Origin: Lama guanicoe | Lineage: Eukaryota | DNA length: 64,000 nucleotides | Assembly (NCBI GenBank): GCA_013239625.1 | Contig: MU054323.1 | Span: 20,295,082 to 20,359,081 of the forward strand | Direction of reading: 5' to 3' | Part shown: one piece after another, positions 51,351 to 63,359 of the stretch | Position numbering within the stretch: position 1 is the stretch's first letter | Layout: every line of letters starts with the position of its first letter | Notes under the pieces: generated by a model | What the model was told of the DNA's origin: nothing | The model's database searches: none | The model's input: only the letters and a program-made list of their open reading frames with translations | Translations under genes and position numbers: made by a program

Positions 51351-51786
51351 ACATTAGCGCTGGTTGTGGAATGAGCTGGGGTAGAGGAGCAAGGATAGGC
51401 GTGCACTGGCCGGGGCCAGAGGCTGGGAGAAGCAGCGGTGTTCCAGGCTGCCCTGGGCCAGGTGGGTCTGACGTTGGCATCCTCCCCGCCTTTCCCCAGC
51501 AGATCTCAGTGCAGACAGCACAGGTTCTGGTCTCAGCCAGAAGGTGTCTGGCTGAATGGGCTTCCAGGCAGGTCACAGAGAACATCCCCCCCACCTACCT
51601 TCATCATGAAACCCATCCTAGCACCTACCCCAACCTCTCCCCGTCAGCCAGCAAACACAGGCTCTCCATTGCCACCGAACCCTCTCCATGGCCAGGAAGT
51701 GCTTCCTTGGGTCTACCCTAGGATCCTTTCCTCTGCTGCTTGCCACCCCCATCTCCGCCCCAAATGCCCAGACCAGGCCCATTTAC

Positions 51787-51893
51787 CTGAGCCCATCTAG
51801 TTCTGTTTTCAGCCGCCTCCGCTCAATCACCAGCCCCATGGTGTTGGCAAACCGCTGTGGAGAGTGGGGGACCCCAGCAGGCAGGAGGAAGAT
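51787..51893 (-). CDS. HAAO: HAAO exon 4 [35 protein letters not shown] (His91, Arg95, Glu105)
   Basis: ctgcag|ATC...CTC AG|gtaaat; 107 nt; contained in ORF 51783..51983. Confidence 0.97.
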
Positions 51894-52094
51894 CTGCAGC
51901 GGTGGGGACAAGGTGCCAGCAAGGCTGCAGTCCCCCACAGAGACCTCAGTGCCGCAGTGTCCTGGCCTTGCCAGCCGACCCACAGTCCAGCCCAGCCCTC
52001 CCCCTACACCAGGAGAAGGCTAAGAGGAAGAGACCTCCACCAGAGCCAGGATGAGTGGACACGAGGGGGTTCCTGTGCTGGGGCTCAGCCTCAC

Positions 52095-52178
52095 CTCTCC
52101 CTGCCGAATGACCACATCCCGGTGTTTCCCTCGCTCCAGGACTCGGAGAAGCATGTCACCCTCCAGCTGGTAAAACAC
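52095..52178 (-). CDS. HAAO: HAAO exon 3 [28 protein letters not shown]
   Basis: tcacag|GTG...GAG|gtgagg; 84 nt. Confidence 0.97.
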
Positions 52179-52543
52179 CTGTGAGACAGGACAGCAGATG
52201 GGCTCGGACCCTCCCCACTTCCCCTTCCAGGTACTTGGCCTGGGTTCTGTCCAGAAAACCTGAGAAACTTCCTGAGGGCCTCAGAGTTTATAAGCAGCAA
52301 CCTCAATCCTGCCCTGAGGTACCAGTCTCCCTGACACACACCACAGATAAAAGTGCTGGGGACATATAAGGATCATACCTGGACACTAAAGTGACAACCA
52401 AAGTACCTAGGACCCAACAGTTGGTGTCTGGCTTGGGGGCAGGGGGCTGGCTGGGATGCTCCCTGGACAATTCAAGGACCCATCAGCCATGTAGGAGAAT
52501 CACCCGTTTACTGTGTCCCAGGGCCTGGGCAAGCGCTTTCCCA

Positions 52544-52705
52544 TACAGACAGATCTTCTTGTATTGTGCCTTGCTTCGGTGTGCTTCCCAGCTAGTGTGT
52601 TTTTTTTTATAAATTAAAGGTTGTGGCAACCCTGCATCAAGCAAATCTATTTGGTGCCATTTTTCCAACAGTATTATTTCCAAATTAAGGTATGTGCATT
52701 GCTCC
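52544..52705 (+). mobile_element. Tigger (TcMar) internally deleted fragment
   Basis: aaattaaaggttgtggcaaccctgcatcaagcaaatctatttggtgccatttttccaacag resembles the Tigger1 5' end as recalled. Confidence 0.7.
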
Positions 52706-52714
52706 AAAAATATT

Positions 52715-52850
52715 ATTAGCCCCATTCTGCAGAAAAGGAAGAAAGAAAACTGAGGCTCAGAGAGTAATGCAGCTTGCCCAAGGTCACACAGTCAGTCCTG
52801 GAGCAGCAGTGTGGGCCTGAGTCTGCATGTAGCCCTGGAGCCTGGGCTGG
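52715..52850 (-). mobile_element. MIR SINE
   Basis: attagccccattctgcaga...aaactgaggctcagagagtaatgcagcttgcccaaggtcacacag. Confidence 0.8.
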
Positions 52851-53934
52851 CTCCTCTGACCGCAGCGATGCCAGGCACGGTGCGGGCAGTGCTGGGCCAA
52901 ATCCCTCTGGGAGCCAGTGGGCCATGTACATGGTGGACTTGATGCTGGAAGCGGGGAGGGGGGGTGAATTGGGGGGTGCTGTGGGGGCTGGGAGCACTCG
53001 CCGCCTGCTATCTCCCAGGTTGGGGAGGGGGGCTGCAGGGCTCCTACTGTGTTTTTCCTATTTCATCCTAAGTCCCTAATTAATGTGTTTACTGAGATCA
53101 CCCATGGAGCTGGGAGGAGGAGGAGGCAGACACATTCCCTCTCTACCAGTCACACACTGGGTGTTAAAAGCTCCAGCCAAATAGTTGAGGGGGTGTTATT
53201 AATAATAATAATTATTATTATTGTGTAAGGAGTTAGAGGAGATAGTAGATGCTGTGACAAGAACCTCTAAGCGAAATCAATCTGAGCTCAGGGAAACTAG
53301 AGAGACTTGGCTTTACCATCTGCCACGGAAGGCAAACTGACAACCCCCCCCCCGCCCCCCGCCCCAAAGGGCAATTTGAGGAAGGGCAGGAAGAGTCTTC
53401 ATAGCTCGCGGCCCTGTAGGGTGGGTAGTCTGAGGGGTTTCTCGGGATGCAGGACCGTCATGGCTGGAATCAAGAAAGTCCAGGGCAAACCAGGTCAGCT
53501 GGCCACCTTACAGCACGACCTAGAACTAAAACTAGGCTCCCGGGACCAGGGCAGAGCACCCAAGTCCCTCTCAACATTTGGGTCTCATTTTGGAGGTTGA
53601 TCTCACATATTCAGGTTTGGGGGCAAGGGGACCAGGGCACCACCCCCAGAGCATGGACAGTCCTGTGTCCAGAAGATTATGCCCCAAAACTAGAACCTCC
53701 CACACGCACAGAGGCTGGGCTCTTTTCCCCGCTTCCCCAGCAGATTCCTTTGACGATGGAGTTGTCAAGGGTGTCACTGGGTGCCCACAACTTCCAGGCA
53801 GCAGTTTCGCCCTGTGCCCCCTTCACCCATCAGCCATCTGACTGCCCCCTTCTCCTGTCCACAGGCTCTGGCCCTGTCATAGGAAGTGTCCCCTCCCATG
53901 GGCTGGGTCAGGGGAGGGGACAGGGCAGGCTTAC

Positions 53935-54013
53935 CTCCTCACCCTCCTCGATGTGGTAGTCCTTCCTGGTATTGGGGCCCCCCACAAACATGATTTTGAG
54001 CTGCTTCTGGTGC
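53935..54013 (-). CDS. HAAO: HAAO exon 2 [26 protein letters not shown] (Arg43, Fe ligands His47 and Glu53)
   Basis: ttgcag|G CAC...GAG|gtaagc; 79 nt; GGPNxRxDYH cupin signature of 3-hydroxyanthranilate dioxygenases. Confidence 0.97.
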
Positions 54014-54269
54014 CTGCAATGGATGAGGGGGGAGAAGTCAGGAACCAGCTCGTGGGAGAAGATAGGAGGGCTATAGGGGCCCATGGGGGAGCTAGAGGGA
54101 GCCTGGGCACACCTCGGGGAGGTAACAGGGCTGTTTCTGCATCACTGCCCCTGTCAGTCTCCATGTTCATCCCAGTGTGCCCATGTGCATCCAAGAGTCT
54201 GTGTGTGTGTGTGACTGTAGGTGTGCCTGTGTTCTTCCTCTGCTCAAAGCCCTCCAAGCAGCTTCCCAT

Positions 54270-54570
54270 GTCCGCCCCAGCCCAACGTTCACATGTTGAA
54301 GTCCAAACCCCAGTCCCTCAGAATGTGACCTAATTTGGCACTAGGGTCGTTGCAGATGTAATTAGTTAAGCTGTGATGAGGCTGTACTGGAGTAGTAGTC
54401 ATAAGGTAATATGACTGGTGTCCTTACTAAAAGGGGAGATTGAGACACAGACACACTCACAAGGAGACACCCATGTGAAGATAAAGGCAGAGGTCAAGGT
54501 GATGCAGCAGAAGCCAAGCAATGCAGAGATTGCAGCCAAACCCCCAGGAGCTGGGAGAGGCCTGGAGCAG
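54270..54570 (+). mobile_element. MLT1-like MaLR LTR fragment in HAAO intron 1
   Basis: atgttgaagtccaaaccccagtccctcagaatgtgacctaatttgg...gcagatgtaattagttaag...atgactggtgtcctta...ccatgtgaaga. Confidence 0.8.
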
Positions 54571-55470
54571 CCTAGCGCTGTCAGGTCTGCCTGCCTGCCT
54601 CACCCCTTGTTTATTATATGTATTGGCTGCCTCCTCTCATCGGAATGTCAGCTCCACCAGGAAGGGACTTCTGTCAGTTTCCTGTGTATCTTCAGTGTCC
54701 AGAACAGTGCCTGGCATCTAGTAGGTGCTCAGTGAGCATCTGCTGAGTGAGTAAAGGGAAGGCCTGCATTTTGTGATTATTAATATTGGGGCAGTGCTGG
54801 AGGGCAGGGTGGGGGCCTGAAGGCAGGGGGAGTAAGTACCCATTGTGACAAGGGTGGAACCAGAGCAGTGGCCATGGACCTGGAGAGGAGCAGATGGAAG
54901 TGAGACACCATTAGGGGGAGAAAGTGGAGGGTGGAGGATGAGACTGTGGACGGGGATGAAGTGGAGGAAAGGGTTGAGGGTGACGACAGTGATAGAAGAG
55001 ACCAGGTTTTGGGGGAGATGCTGAACGTCAGCTGTGGCAGTGCTGCGCAGTGAGAAGAGTGTGGACTTTGGAGTCAAACTCTTGCATATGCTTGGGTCTG
55101 GACCCTGTCCCGAACTAGCTCTGTTGACACTGGGAAAGTTATTTATTAAAAATCCTACCTCATGGGGCTACTGGGACAATTAAAGGAGATGATGGGAAGA
55201 CACTTGGTGGTCTCTGGCTGGTCAAGGTGTGAATGATTGTAGCTGAGTGGTTTGAGAAGCCGCCCTGTTGGAGATGCTCTGCAGACACAGCAAACATGGG
55301 GCTGTGAGCCCGGAGCTGGGGAGCACAGGCGGTCCAGCCACCCAGTCGAATGTGGGGGAAGGAGGTGAAAGGGCCAGAGGGGATGGCCTGAGAGGTCTGC
55401 TGTGGTTGGACCAGGGTCAGCCCTGTTGGGTGCTGTGGGCAGAGGTGGCTAGGGAGGGCCTTGTAGGAGA

Positions 55471-55507
55471 GTGTGTGTGTGTGTGTGTGTGGGTGTGTGG
55501 GTGTGTG
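55471..55507. repeat. (GT)n microsatellite, 10 perfect units then imperfect, HAAO intron 1
   Basis: Directly visible. Confidence 0.9.
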
Positions 55508-55989
55508 GGTGGGGGCACAGCTTCAAAGGGAGGACCTGGGAAGACAAATCATGATCCTCCCATGGGAGCGGATCCTCTGATTTCACCCTCTGCCTGCAGC
55601 TTCCCAGATAGAGTTGGGGTGTATGATCAGGCTGTCCCCAGACCTCAGTTCTGCAATTTGTAGGTATCAACCCCACCCCCACAAGTTTCTGAGAGTTAAT
55701 AGGGGTTGGAGAGCTGTTTCTCAGCCCTGGAGAGGAGGCTGCGACCTGCCATTTGCATCTCTCCTAGTCTCATTCACCTAGCCACCCTCAAACGCCAAGG
55801 ACACAATCTCCACTCAGTCATCAGAAAGAGGAACAGAAAGAGGGTGGTGAAACCCGGAACAGCCCGTCCCCACCCTCCTCTGAACACCATGAGGATGACA
55901 TTCCCCCTTTCTGCAAGTTCTAGGTGCAGGAATTTGGAGCTGGAGCTTGAAGGGTGAAAGGTGAGGGGTGCAGATGGAAGAAGACGAGG

Positions 55990-57040
55990 TGAGGACAGAG
56001 GGCACGAGGAGGGGGGCGTGCGTGGGACTCACAGGAGCTTGTTGCAGACCGGGGGCAGGAAAGAGGCCCGGTTCTCCTCCACCCAAGCCTTCACTCTCAC
56101 CGGATGCTCCATCGCTGCCCGGGAGCCGAGCTCTGGAGCTGTGTCCTCTGCGCCGTCGGAGCGGCGCGACCCGGCCCAGCCGCCTATTGGCCGCCGGGTA
56201 AATCAGCAACTGGGGTCAAAGGGCGGGGCAATACCCCCGGCCGCGCGGCAGCCCCTCGCGGACTTCGGTCCGGAGCCATCCCCCTCTCCGCGGCGCCCGA
56301 GTGGGGCGGCGGTTCCGAGCGCAAGGCACGGGATCGAGAACCTTCCTGGCCCTTTGTCCCACTTTCCGCCTGGGCCCCAGGAAGACTCCAAAGAAATCCT
56401 GTAAGGGGGAGAAGGGGGTTTGGAAACCCGAGCGCCTGAGCACAGGGGTGCTGGCAGTAGATTGAAGCCTTAGTTTCCTCGTCTGACAACTGGGAGTGTC
56501 TACACAGCCTTCTCAGGGTTACACAGCGGCCGCCAGAGGCCCCCGCTGACGTTAGTGCCCTCTCCTCTCACGAAGGCAGAGCGCAGGCTATCATCCCCAG
56601 ATCTGTTGGGTGCCGCTCGCTCGGCTCTGCCTGTGGCCGGCTCGGGAGACGACCGGAGGAGCGGCGGTGGGCGCAGTGCCGGGGGCCCCGGGCGCACGAC
56701 GGGGACCGCCTGCCTGGCCCGGGCGGCACCGGCCCCTCGCCTACGTCCGCAGGCGGCAGGCGGAGCACCGACGAGGTGCCCGGCACTGTTCTGGGCTCCT
56801 TCCATGCTTTAGGGGCATACTCAAGTCACACGACAATTTATGAAGAGTTTTACAGATGAAGAACAGGGCATTAAGACCTCAGGAAGCTAGGGTCTGGGGT
56901 GGGGAGGGCGGACAGACCTGGGCTAATGATTCCAGCCAAGAGTTAGAGGCTCCAAGCCGGGATCCTCGGGGGCGCGGGGAGACCCGGCGCCTGGGTGTGT
57001 GGCTGCGGAGGAGGGGAAGGTCCATCGGAAACCCGCTTTC
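55990..57040. promoter_or_regulatory. HAAO: CpG island / HAAO promoter with CCAAT box (56186-56190, minus) and GC box (56221-56228)
   Basis: Dense CpGs and very high GC around and upstream of the ATG; ATTGG and GGGCGGGG on plus ~75-115 nt upstream of the ATG. Confidence 0.85.
56033..56112 (-). CDS. HAAO: HAAO exon 1 MEHPVRVKAWVEENRASFLPPVCNKL(L); 3-hydroxyanthranilate 3,4-dioxygenase (kynurenine pathway, NAD synthesis)
   Basis: gcagcgATGG (good Kozak)...CTC CT|gtgagt; 80 nt. The ten exons sum to 861 nt = 286 aa + stop with no frame break. Confidence 0.96.
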
Positions 57041-59639
57041 CTCTTTCTTCCCGACTTAGAATTCTTAGGAAAACTGTGTGTGTGTTGGAGGAGGGCGGGT
57101 GAGGAGGTGGTAGGTTGGGGAGAAGGAACATAGCCCGGGCTCTGACACCAGAATTCAGACTGTAGAGTTTAAGAAATTTGAAATTCCTCCAACTCCTGCC
57201 CCCCCAGCACATCTTGCCCCTTCCCTGTTGCCTGGGGTGGGCGGGTTTTCTTGGCACCCTCAGACGCAGGGGCTCCCTTTGCAAATAAAACCCACTCAGA
57301 CAGGAAACAAGATTCCCGCCCTTCTCCGCTGGGACACTCCCGTTTCCTCTCCATGCATCCCCACCCCTTTTCCCATTTTCTTCCTCCTTTTTCCTTTTAT
57401 TTATTTAAAACTTGTTTTTCCTCTCTGAACGTTTCTTTCTAGAATCTCGCTTAGCACCAAAATAACTCAAACTATATTCTTAATCTTTCTCATCTGCAAG
57501 TAATCAGAGGAGATGTAAACAGCGACACATGAAACACCAAGGATCTATGATGTGTGAGGTTTGCTTTGGATGTTTGTTAAATGGATGGATGGATGAGTGG
57601 GTGGTAAAGGCATGAATGAATTCACACTAAAAGAAAAAAAAAAAACACGATTTCAGCCCAACAGATGTTCTGACACTAGTTCAAAGAAATGAATGTTAGT
57701 TATACTGCATTCTAATCTACTGAGGCAAATAACATGAATAAGTGAGGCCACAAGTGATTGGGGTCTTAACAGTCCAGGTAAACCCTAAATACAGGCTAAG
57801 TAATCTGCTGCATAGTCACTATCAAATATGCTGTTTAGCTTGTTCTGCGTAGATAAAACACCATGTCTATTCGATTGGCAAGCCTCCTGGCTTGGGTGTT
57901 GGGCACCATTTGATGCTAATGTCCAGAAAGTCGACAATTCAAATGTTACTGGTGTGTCCTGGCATTGTTTAGTCACAGCCACCCGGGGTTCCTTCTAGTT
58001 TCTGGACCTTACAGCTCACAGCAGCCAGCTCTCCCCTCTGCACCAGCAGCTCATTGGCACCAGAGTCACAAGCAGTCTCTGCCCCAGGACCAGGGTTCAC
58101 CAGAGCCTGTCGTGCGTGCTGGTGCCTGGCTCTGTTCTCCCCTGCATGGCGGTTTCCTGCCCAGATCCCTGAAACCAGTAGATGCGTCTAGGCTTTGCTG
58201 AGCCTGGCTGCTGGTTACAGTCTGATCCCTTCAGTCTCTTGATGGACAGAACTAGTTTCTTCAGTTGCTCCCTTCCCCAGCCCACCTTGGTCTGTCACAG
58301 TCTCCCTGTCTCTTACCACTTTCCCACCCTTTCATATAATTCAGCAAATGTTTAAGAACAAATATGAATAAAAGGGCTTGATAATAAACTGTATTGGTTA
58401 TTTGGAAATCTAGGTTCTGGCCCTGCTATCTCTTTAACTTGAATTATTTACAAGTCTGTTTTAAATTTTCTAGACATATGGTTGGTTTGAGGTTTTTTGC
58501 TTGGCTATCATTCTGTTTTGTTTTTTGTGTCTGATTTTACTGAACTGTGATGAGTGAAGATGGTCAGTGTATTATTTTGGGGTGGGGGGATGTATTAAGA
58601 TTTCCTTTACAGCTTAGTCTAGGGTCAATTTTTGTGAATGTGTATTCTCTGTTTAGAATGTAATTTCTATTAGTTTCTCCTGTTGTGTTACACAAATTAT
58701 TTATTTCCCAGTTTATCAGGATGCTCATGGGCACAAATAACAGAGACCCTAGTTAAACAGTAGCTTAACCAATAGAAGGTTAGACTATGTAACTGGATAC
58801 CCAGAGGGCGAATGAGCCTGTAACCTAGTGGTGTCATCACAGACTCTGGTTCTTTCCATTCCTCAGATCTGCTATCTGCAGCAACCTCTTCATCCCAGGG
58901 CTGGTTCCCTGAGGGGTCAAGGGAGGGTTAGGGTCTAAGACTGGGGCATTAAATAATAAAAGGGGTTGGCCCTCCAAGGTACTGCCTCTCTAATGTGATC
59001 GAAATTGAGTGTTGGCCCTTGGATGGAGCCTGCAACCACAGCTAAGACCCTACTGGAAAGGGCAGGGCAGGGCAGGGCAGTGGAGGGAAAGCCCTCCATC
59101 TGCACCAGGGTCACTGTCAGCTTTTCAGGGTTCTCTGCAATAGAGCAGGAAGTTTCTGTCTCCCTGTTACCTCACAGGAGGACAGTCCTCAGGGAGACAT
59201 TCACAGACTAGTTCTGCTTAGAGCTTTCAGCTTGGCTTATATATCTGCTACATTTCCCTTTTTTCTGGCTCCAGAGCTAATGGGCTCTCCCCTGCTCCCC
59301 TCCTCCCTCCTTCCTCCCATGCAGACAATATTCTGCAGCTCGCTGGTCCTCTCCCCTCTTTGCCAGGGGCCACTGACTGCTACCTCCCTTCAAATCACTC
59401 TGTGTTAGACACTCCTCACTGCTCCTCCCACCCCACCTCCTGTGGCATCCCCCTCATTCTTTCTGGCATGGATCCTATATGCCTTGGGCGGTCGGTAGTG
59501 GACATATATGAGCTCTTATGAGTCCAGGGCACTTCTGGACTCATGGTGGACAGTGGCTGAGCTGGGCATTTCTTGTAGCCCAGGTATCACAGAGGAATTC
59601 ACATCTGCTACCTATAGATGAGGAAATGGAGAAATATCA

Positions 59640-59992
59640 GCCACTCCTACAACTTAAAAAAATGATTAAAACCCCAAAAAACAAAACAAACTGAAAAAAC
59701 CCAACAAAATGATGGGCAAAAGATTTGAACAAACATTTCACAAAGATTTACAAATAGCCAATAAGCACATCAAAAAATGCTCAGTGCCATTAGTCATCAG
59801 GGGAACACATTACATCTACAATGAGGTACTATTACACACCCAGTAGAATGGCTAAAATTAAAAAGACTGCCAACACCAAATGTTGACAAGGATATAGAGC
59901 AACTGAAATGCTCAGCATTGCTGGTGGGAGTACAACATGGCACAACTACTTTGAAAATAAGGGTCTGGTAGTTTCTTGTAAAACTAAACATA
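59640..59992 (+). mobile_element. Older L1 3' region, left half (interrupted)
   Basis: gggcaaaagatttgaacaaacatttcac...agaatggctaaaattaaaaagact...gtttcttgtaaaactaaacata. Confidence 0.8.
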
Positions 59993-61010
59993 GAACTTCA
60001 TCAAAATTAAAAACTTTTGTGTTATCAAAGGACACTATCAACAGAGTGAAAAGGCAACCCACAAAATGGGAGAGAATATTTATACATAATATATCTAGTA
60101 ATGGATTAATATTCAGAATACATAAAGAACTCATAAAACTCAACAATAAAAAAACCCAAACAACTTAATTAAAAAATGGGTGAAGGATTTGAATAGAAAT
60201 TCCTCCAAAGAAGATACATAAATGGTCAACAAGCACATGGAAAGATGCTCAACATCACTAATTATTAAGGAAATGCAAATCAAAACCACAATGAGATACT
60301 ACTTCACACTCATTAGGATGAATATTACCATAAACAAACAAACAACCCAAACAAACAGAAAATTAGTGTTGGTAAAGAAGAATCCTTGTGCGTAACTGGT
60401 GGGAATGTAAAATGGCGCAGCTATTGTGAAACACAGTATGGTGGTTCCTCAAAAAGTTAAACAATTACCATATGATCCAGCAATTCCACTTTTGGGTATA
60501 CACCCAAAAGAAGAGAAAGCAGGAATTTGAACAGGTATTTGTGTACCCATCTTCATAGCAACATTATTCACAATAACCAAAAGATGAAAGCAACCTAAAT
60601 GTCTATTGACTGATAAATGGATAAACAAGGTGTGGTACACATACAATAGAAAACGAATGAAAATTTGATATATGCTGTAACATGGTTAAACTTTGAAAAC
60701 ATTATGGCTAATTGAAATAAGCCAGATATAAAAGAATAAATGCTGTATGATTCTACTTATATGAGGTACCTAGAACAGTCCAAATTATAGAGACAGAAAG
60801 CATAGTGGTTATTAGGGGCTGAGGGAAGCGGTATGGAGAGTTATGGTTTAATGGGTACAGATTTTCAGTTTGGGATGATAAAGTTCTCGAGATGGATAGT
60901 GGTGATAGTTGCACAACAATGTAAATGTACTTAATGCTAGTGAATTGTACACTTAAAATGGTTAAAATGGTAAACTTTATGTTATGTATATTTTACTACA
61001 ATTTAAAAAT
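59993..61010 (+). mobile_element. L1 (L1MB-like) ORF2 3' end plus 3' UTR inserted into the older L1
   Basis: ORF 59908..60168 gives KLKTFVLSKDTINRVKRQPTKWERIF (L1 ORF2 C-terminal region); ends gtacacttaaaatggttaaaatggtaaactttatgttatgtatattttactacaatttaaaa. Confidence 0.9.
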
Positions 61011-61015
61011 GCTTT

Positions 61016-61106
61016 GGGGGCAGTGAAGGTACAGCTCAGTGGTAGAGCATGTTCTTAGCATGCTTGAAGTCCTGGGTTCAATTTCCCAGTACCTCCATAA
61101 AAAAAA
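61016..61106 (+). mobile_element. tRNA-derived SINE, camelid Vic-1-like, with A tail
   Basis: ggtacagctcagtggtagagcatgttcttagcatgcttgaagtcctgggttcaatttcccagtacctccataaaaaaaa; flanked by AAAAATGCTT / AAAAAGGCTT. Confidence 0.8.
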
Positions 61107-61117
61107 GGCTTAAAAAA

Positions 61118-61315
61118 AAAACTATATATAAACCTACATTATGACCCAGCAATTCTACTCCTGTATTTACTGAAAATAAATGAAAACAAAAGGACTTGTA
61201 CAAGAGTGCTCTTAGCTGCTTTGTTTGCAATAGCTTCAAACAGGAAATAACCCAGGATGTCCATTAATAGGAGAATGGCTAACCAGCTGTGATGTGTATG
61301 TGTAAAGCAGTATTA
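61118..61315 (+). mobile_element. Older L1 3' region, right half (resumes after the nested insertions)
   Basis: tatgacccagcaattctactcctgtatttac...gtttgcaatagcttcaaacaggaaataaccc continues the element broken at 59992. Confidence 0.75.
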
Positions 61316-61839
61316 TTGAAGCCACTCAGTCAGTTGTTGGACAGAGATAGGAACAAAGGTTGTTTTATTCCAGTTCTTTATCTTTCTTCAACCCCACAGG
61401 GTGAGCTTTCCTGCTCATCCCCAATTTTTTACATAAGGACAGCCCTGGGTTTTACTGAAACCTCAGAGTTCCACAGCTGCCTCTGCTAAGACTCTTCCTC
61501 CTCTCAAAGGGAAGACCCCATCACCACCTGTGCTTAGTCCCTAAGACCTGCCATCCTGCACCTGGTCCAGTAGTCTGGGGTCAGCTGTTGCCAGAACTGA
61601 CAGAGGAACTAGCCCATCTTCTCAGCAGGAGGGCTTTGGGCATTTATTTGGATGCCCCAGCATACCTGGATCCCAGTTTTCATCTCTCTAGTGGCCCTAG
61701 TTCTATCTGGTCTTTCCCATATTTCAAGTTAGAACTCTTTGGCCATCATCACAGGGGGTCTCTGTGAGCCCTGATTAGTGTCTCTGTTAAGGGTGACCCC
61801 TGAGAGGCACAGTTCTCATGGGTCTCCTTCTCTGTGGAG

Positions 61840-62060
61840 TGTTGAGAGCAGGGACTCTTAAGTCACATAATCTGTATTTGAATCCTGGCTCTACCACTTA
61901 CTTGGGTAACCTCAATGTGCCTCAGTTTCCTCATCTGTGAAAGAAAAGAATACTACTGCTTACTACATATGGTTGGCATGAGCATTAAATTAGTTAATAG
62001 GGTGTAAAGTTCTTAGAACACTGTGTGACACACAGTAAACTCTATGTAAGTGCGTTATTT
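61840..62060 (+). mobile_element. MIR SINE
   Basis: tttgaatcctggctctaccacttact...gtgcctcagtttcctcatctgtgaaa...gtaaagttcttagaacactgtgtgacacacagtaa. Confidence 0.85.
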
Positions 62061-62139
62061 TTACCCACTGACCACCACCATGTTCTCCCTATTCTTTGAA
62101 AGATTTTGTTCTCATATGACAAGTGAAAGAAAGAATTGG

Positions 62140-62695
62140 GATCCAGCCAAGGTCCAGTCAGGAGGCAGAAAGCACACCAGTAATCTGAACAGGGAAGATT
62201 CAGTTTAAAGAACTGTTAACTAGCAAACGGGGATTAACTACCAAGAGGGGTAAACGGAATTCTAAAGGATACAGAAATAACGGATAAAAGGAGCAGCCAC
62301 TACCTCCAGAGATGACACAGAAAACCCACAGAAGGATAAACTTGGAAAAGGCCCTCCCTCCTCGCCAAAGCTGAGACTCAGAACTCACTGGTGGGGGCGT
62401 GGAGGGAGCCCACTGCACGGCAGAGAAGTTTGCTGAGCTGCTGCAGGCTGGGGTTGGCAAGCAGGAAACTGTGTGCTGGGTGATGGCAAAATCTGACTGG
62501 AAGCCGCCCACTGGCAGCTGTGGTGTAGGAGCCGGAAAAAAAGCACTGAGATGAGGAAGAGACGGCCCTTCAGGCTTCCTCTGGCACCTTCCACAGACAA
62601 GGCCCGACTGTGGCGCTGGCTGCAGGGTCACAGAGCAGGGTGGAGACGGGTGTTTGTGGAGCAGAGAAGCACTAAGTTAACAACTGGCACACACC
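62140..62695. mobile_element. Old ERVL-like solo LTR (LTR41-like)
   Basis: aggtccagtcaggaggcagaaagcacaccagtaatctgaacagggaag...taacaactggcacaca. Confidence 0.5.
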
Positions 62696-63174
62696 CCATC
62701 TACGTTCTCATAATTAAACAAAATGTAGCAGGACTCTTTCCTGTTTGTGTTTTATGTATTTATAGTGGTATGAAGAGGGCTATGGTTAGGGCAGCCCTGG
62801 GCTCCTGGATGTCTGCGACAGTCACAGTCATGCTTATCCACCCAGGATTATTAATGACGCCCCTTTTCGCTCTCAGAAATGCCCGTTTGGAGGATGGAGT
62901 ATGTGGTCACACTAACTCCTGATGTATCATTTTCTTTCAAACTACTCCCACCGATAGTAGCTAGAAACACAATAAACACACACACACAATTCTGCTTGAA
63001 GAGCTACCAAGCAGCCCAGGTGCCGAGGGGCCACGATTCAGGGAGAAGAGAAGTGCACCCAGATGAGCGCGGCAGCCTGAGCGGCAATCCTCCTTGACGC
63101 ATTGGCGGGTTTGTAGGTGGAAGAAACGAAGTGGCAGAGAAGCCGAGCAGAAAGCACTAGTTCTCAAGAGTAAT

Positions 63175-63359
63175 ACATGGTTTTAAAAATGGACATCTCA
63201 GTCTGTCTAAAAGAGTTCTTTTAATAGGTATAAAATAAAAAGTCTGATACGAAAGCACAGTATCCGAGTTAAAATGGCAGCATCTTTTCTTTCTTAATGC
63301 TGCATAATATAATGGTTCATTTATAGGTTAGGGCACCTTCGATTTGATGAAATATGGTA
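63175..63359. mobile_element. TcMar-Tc2 (Kanga/MER104-like) DNA transposon end
   Basis: Ends ...cttcgatttgatgaaatatgg-ta, resembling the reverse complement of the CCGTATTTCATCGATTCTAAG terminal repeat with a TA target; may extend left to ~62700. Confidence 0.45.

Noticed and set aside
59908..60168. Protein-coding ORF
   Set aside because: Decayed L1 ORF2 fragment spanning the junction of two L1 copies.
61024..61097. Functional tRNA gene (also 4457-4535)
   Set aside because: A/B boxes are present, but the cloverleaf stems are degenerate and the 61016 copy has an A tail and target duplication, so these are SINEs.
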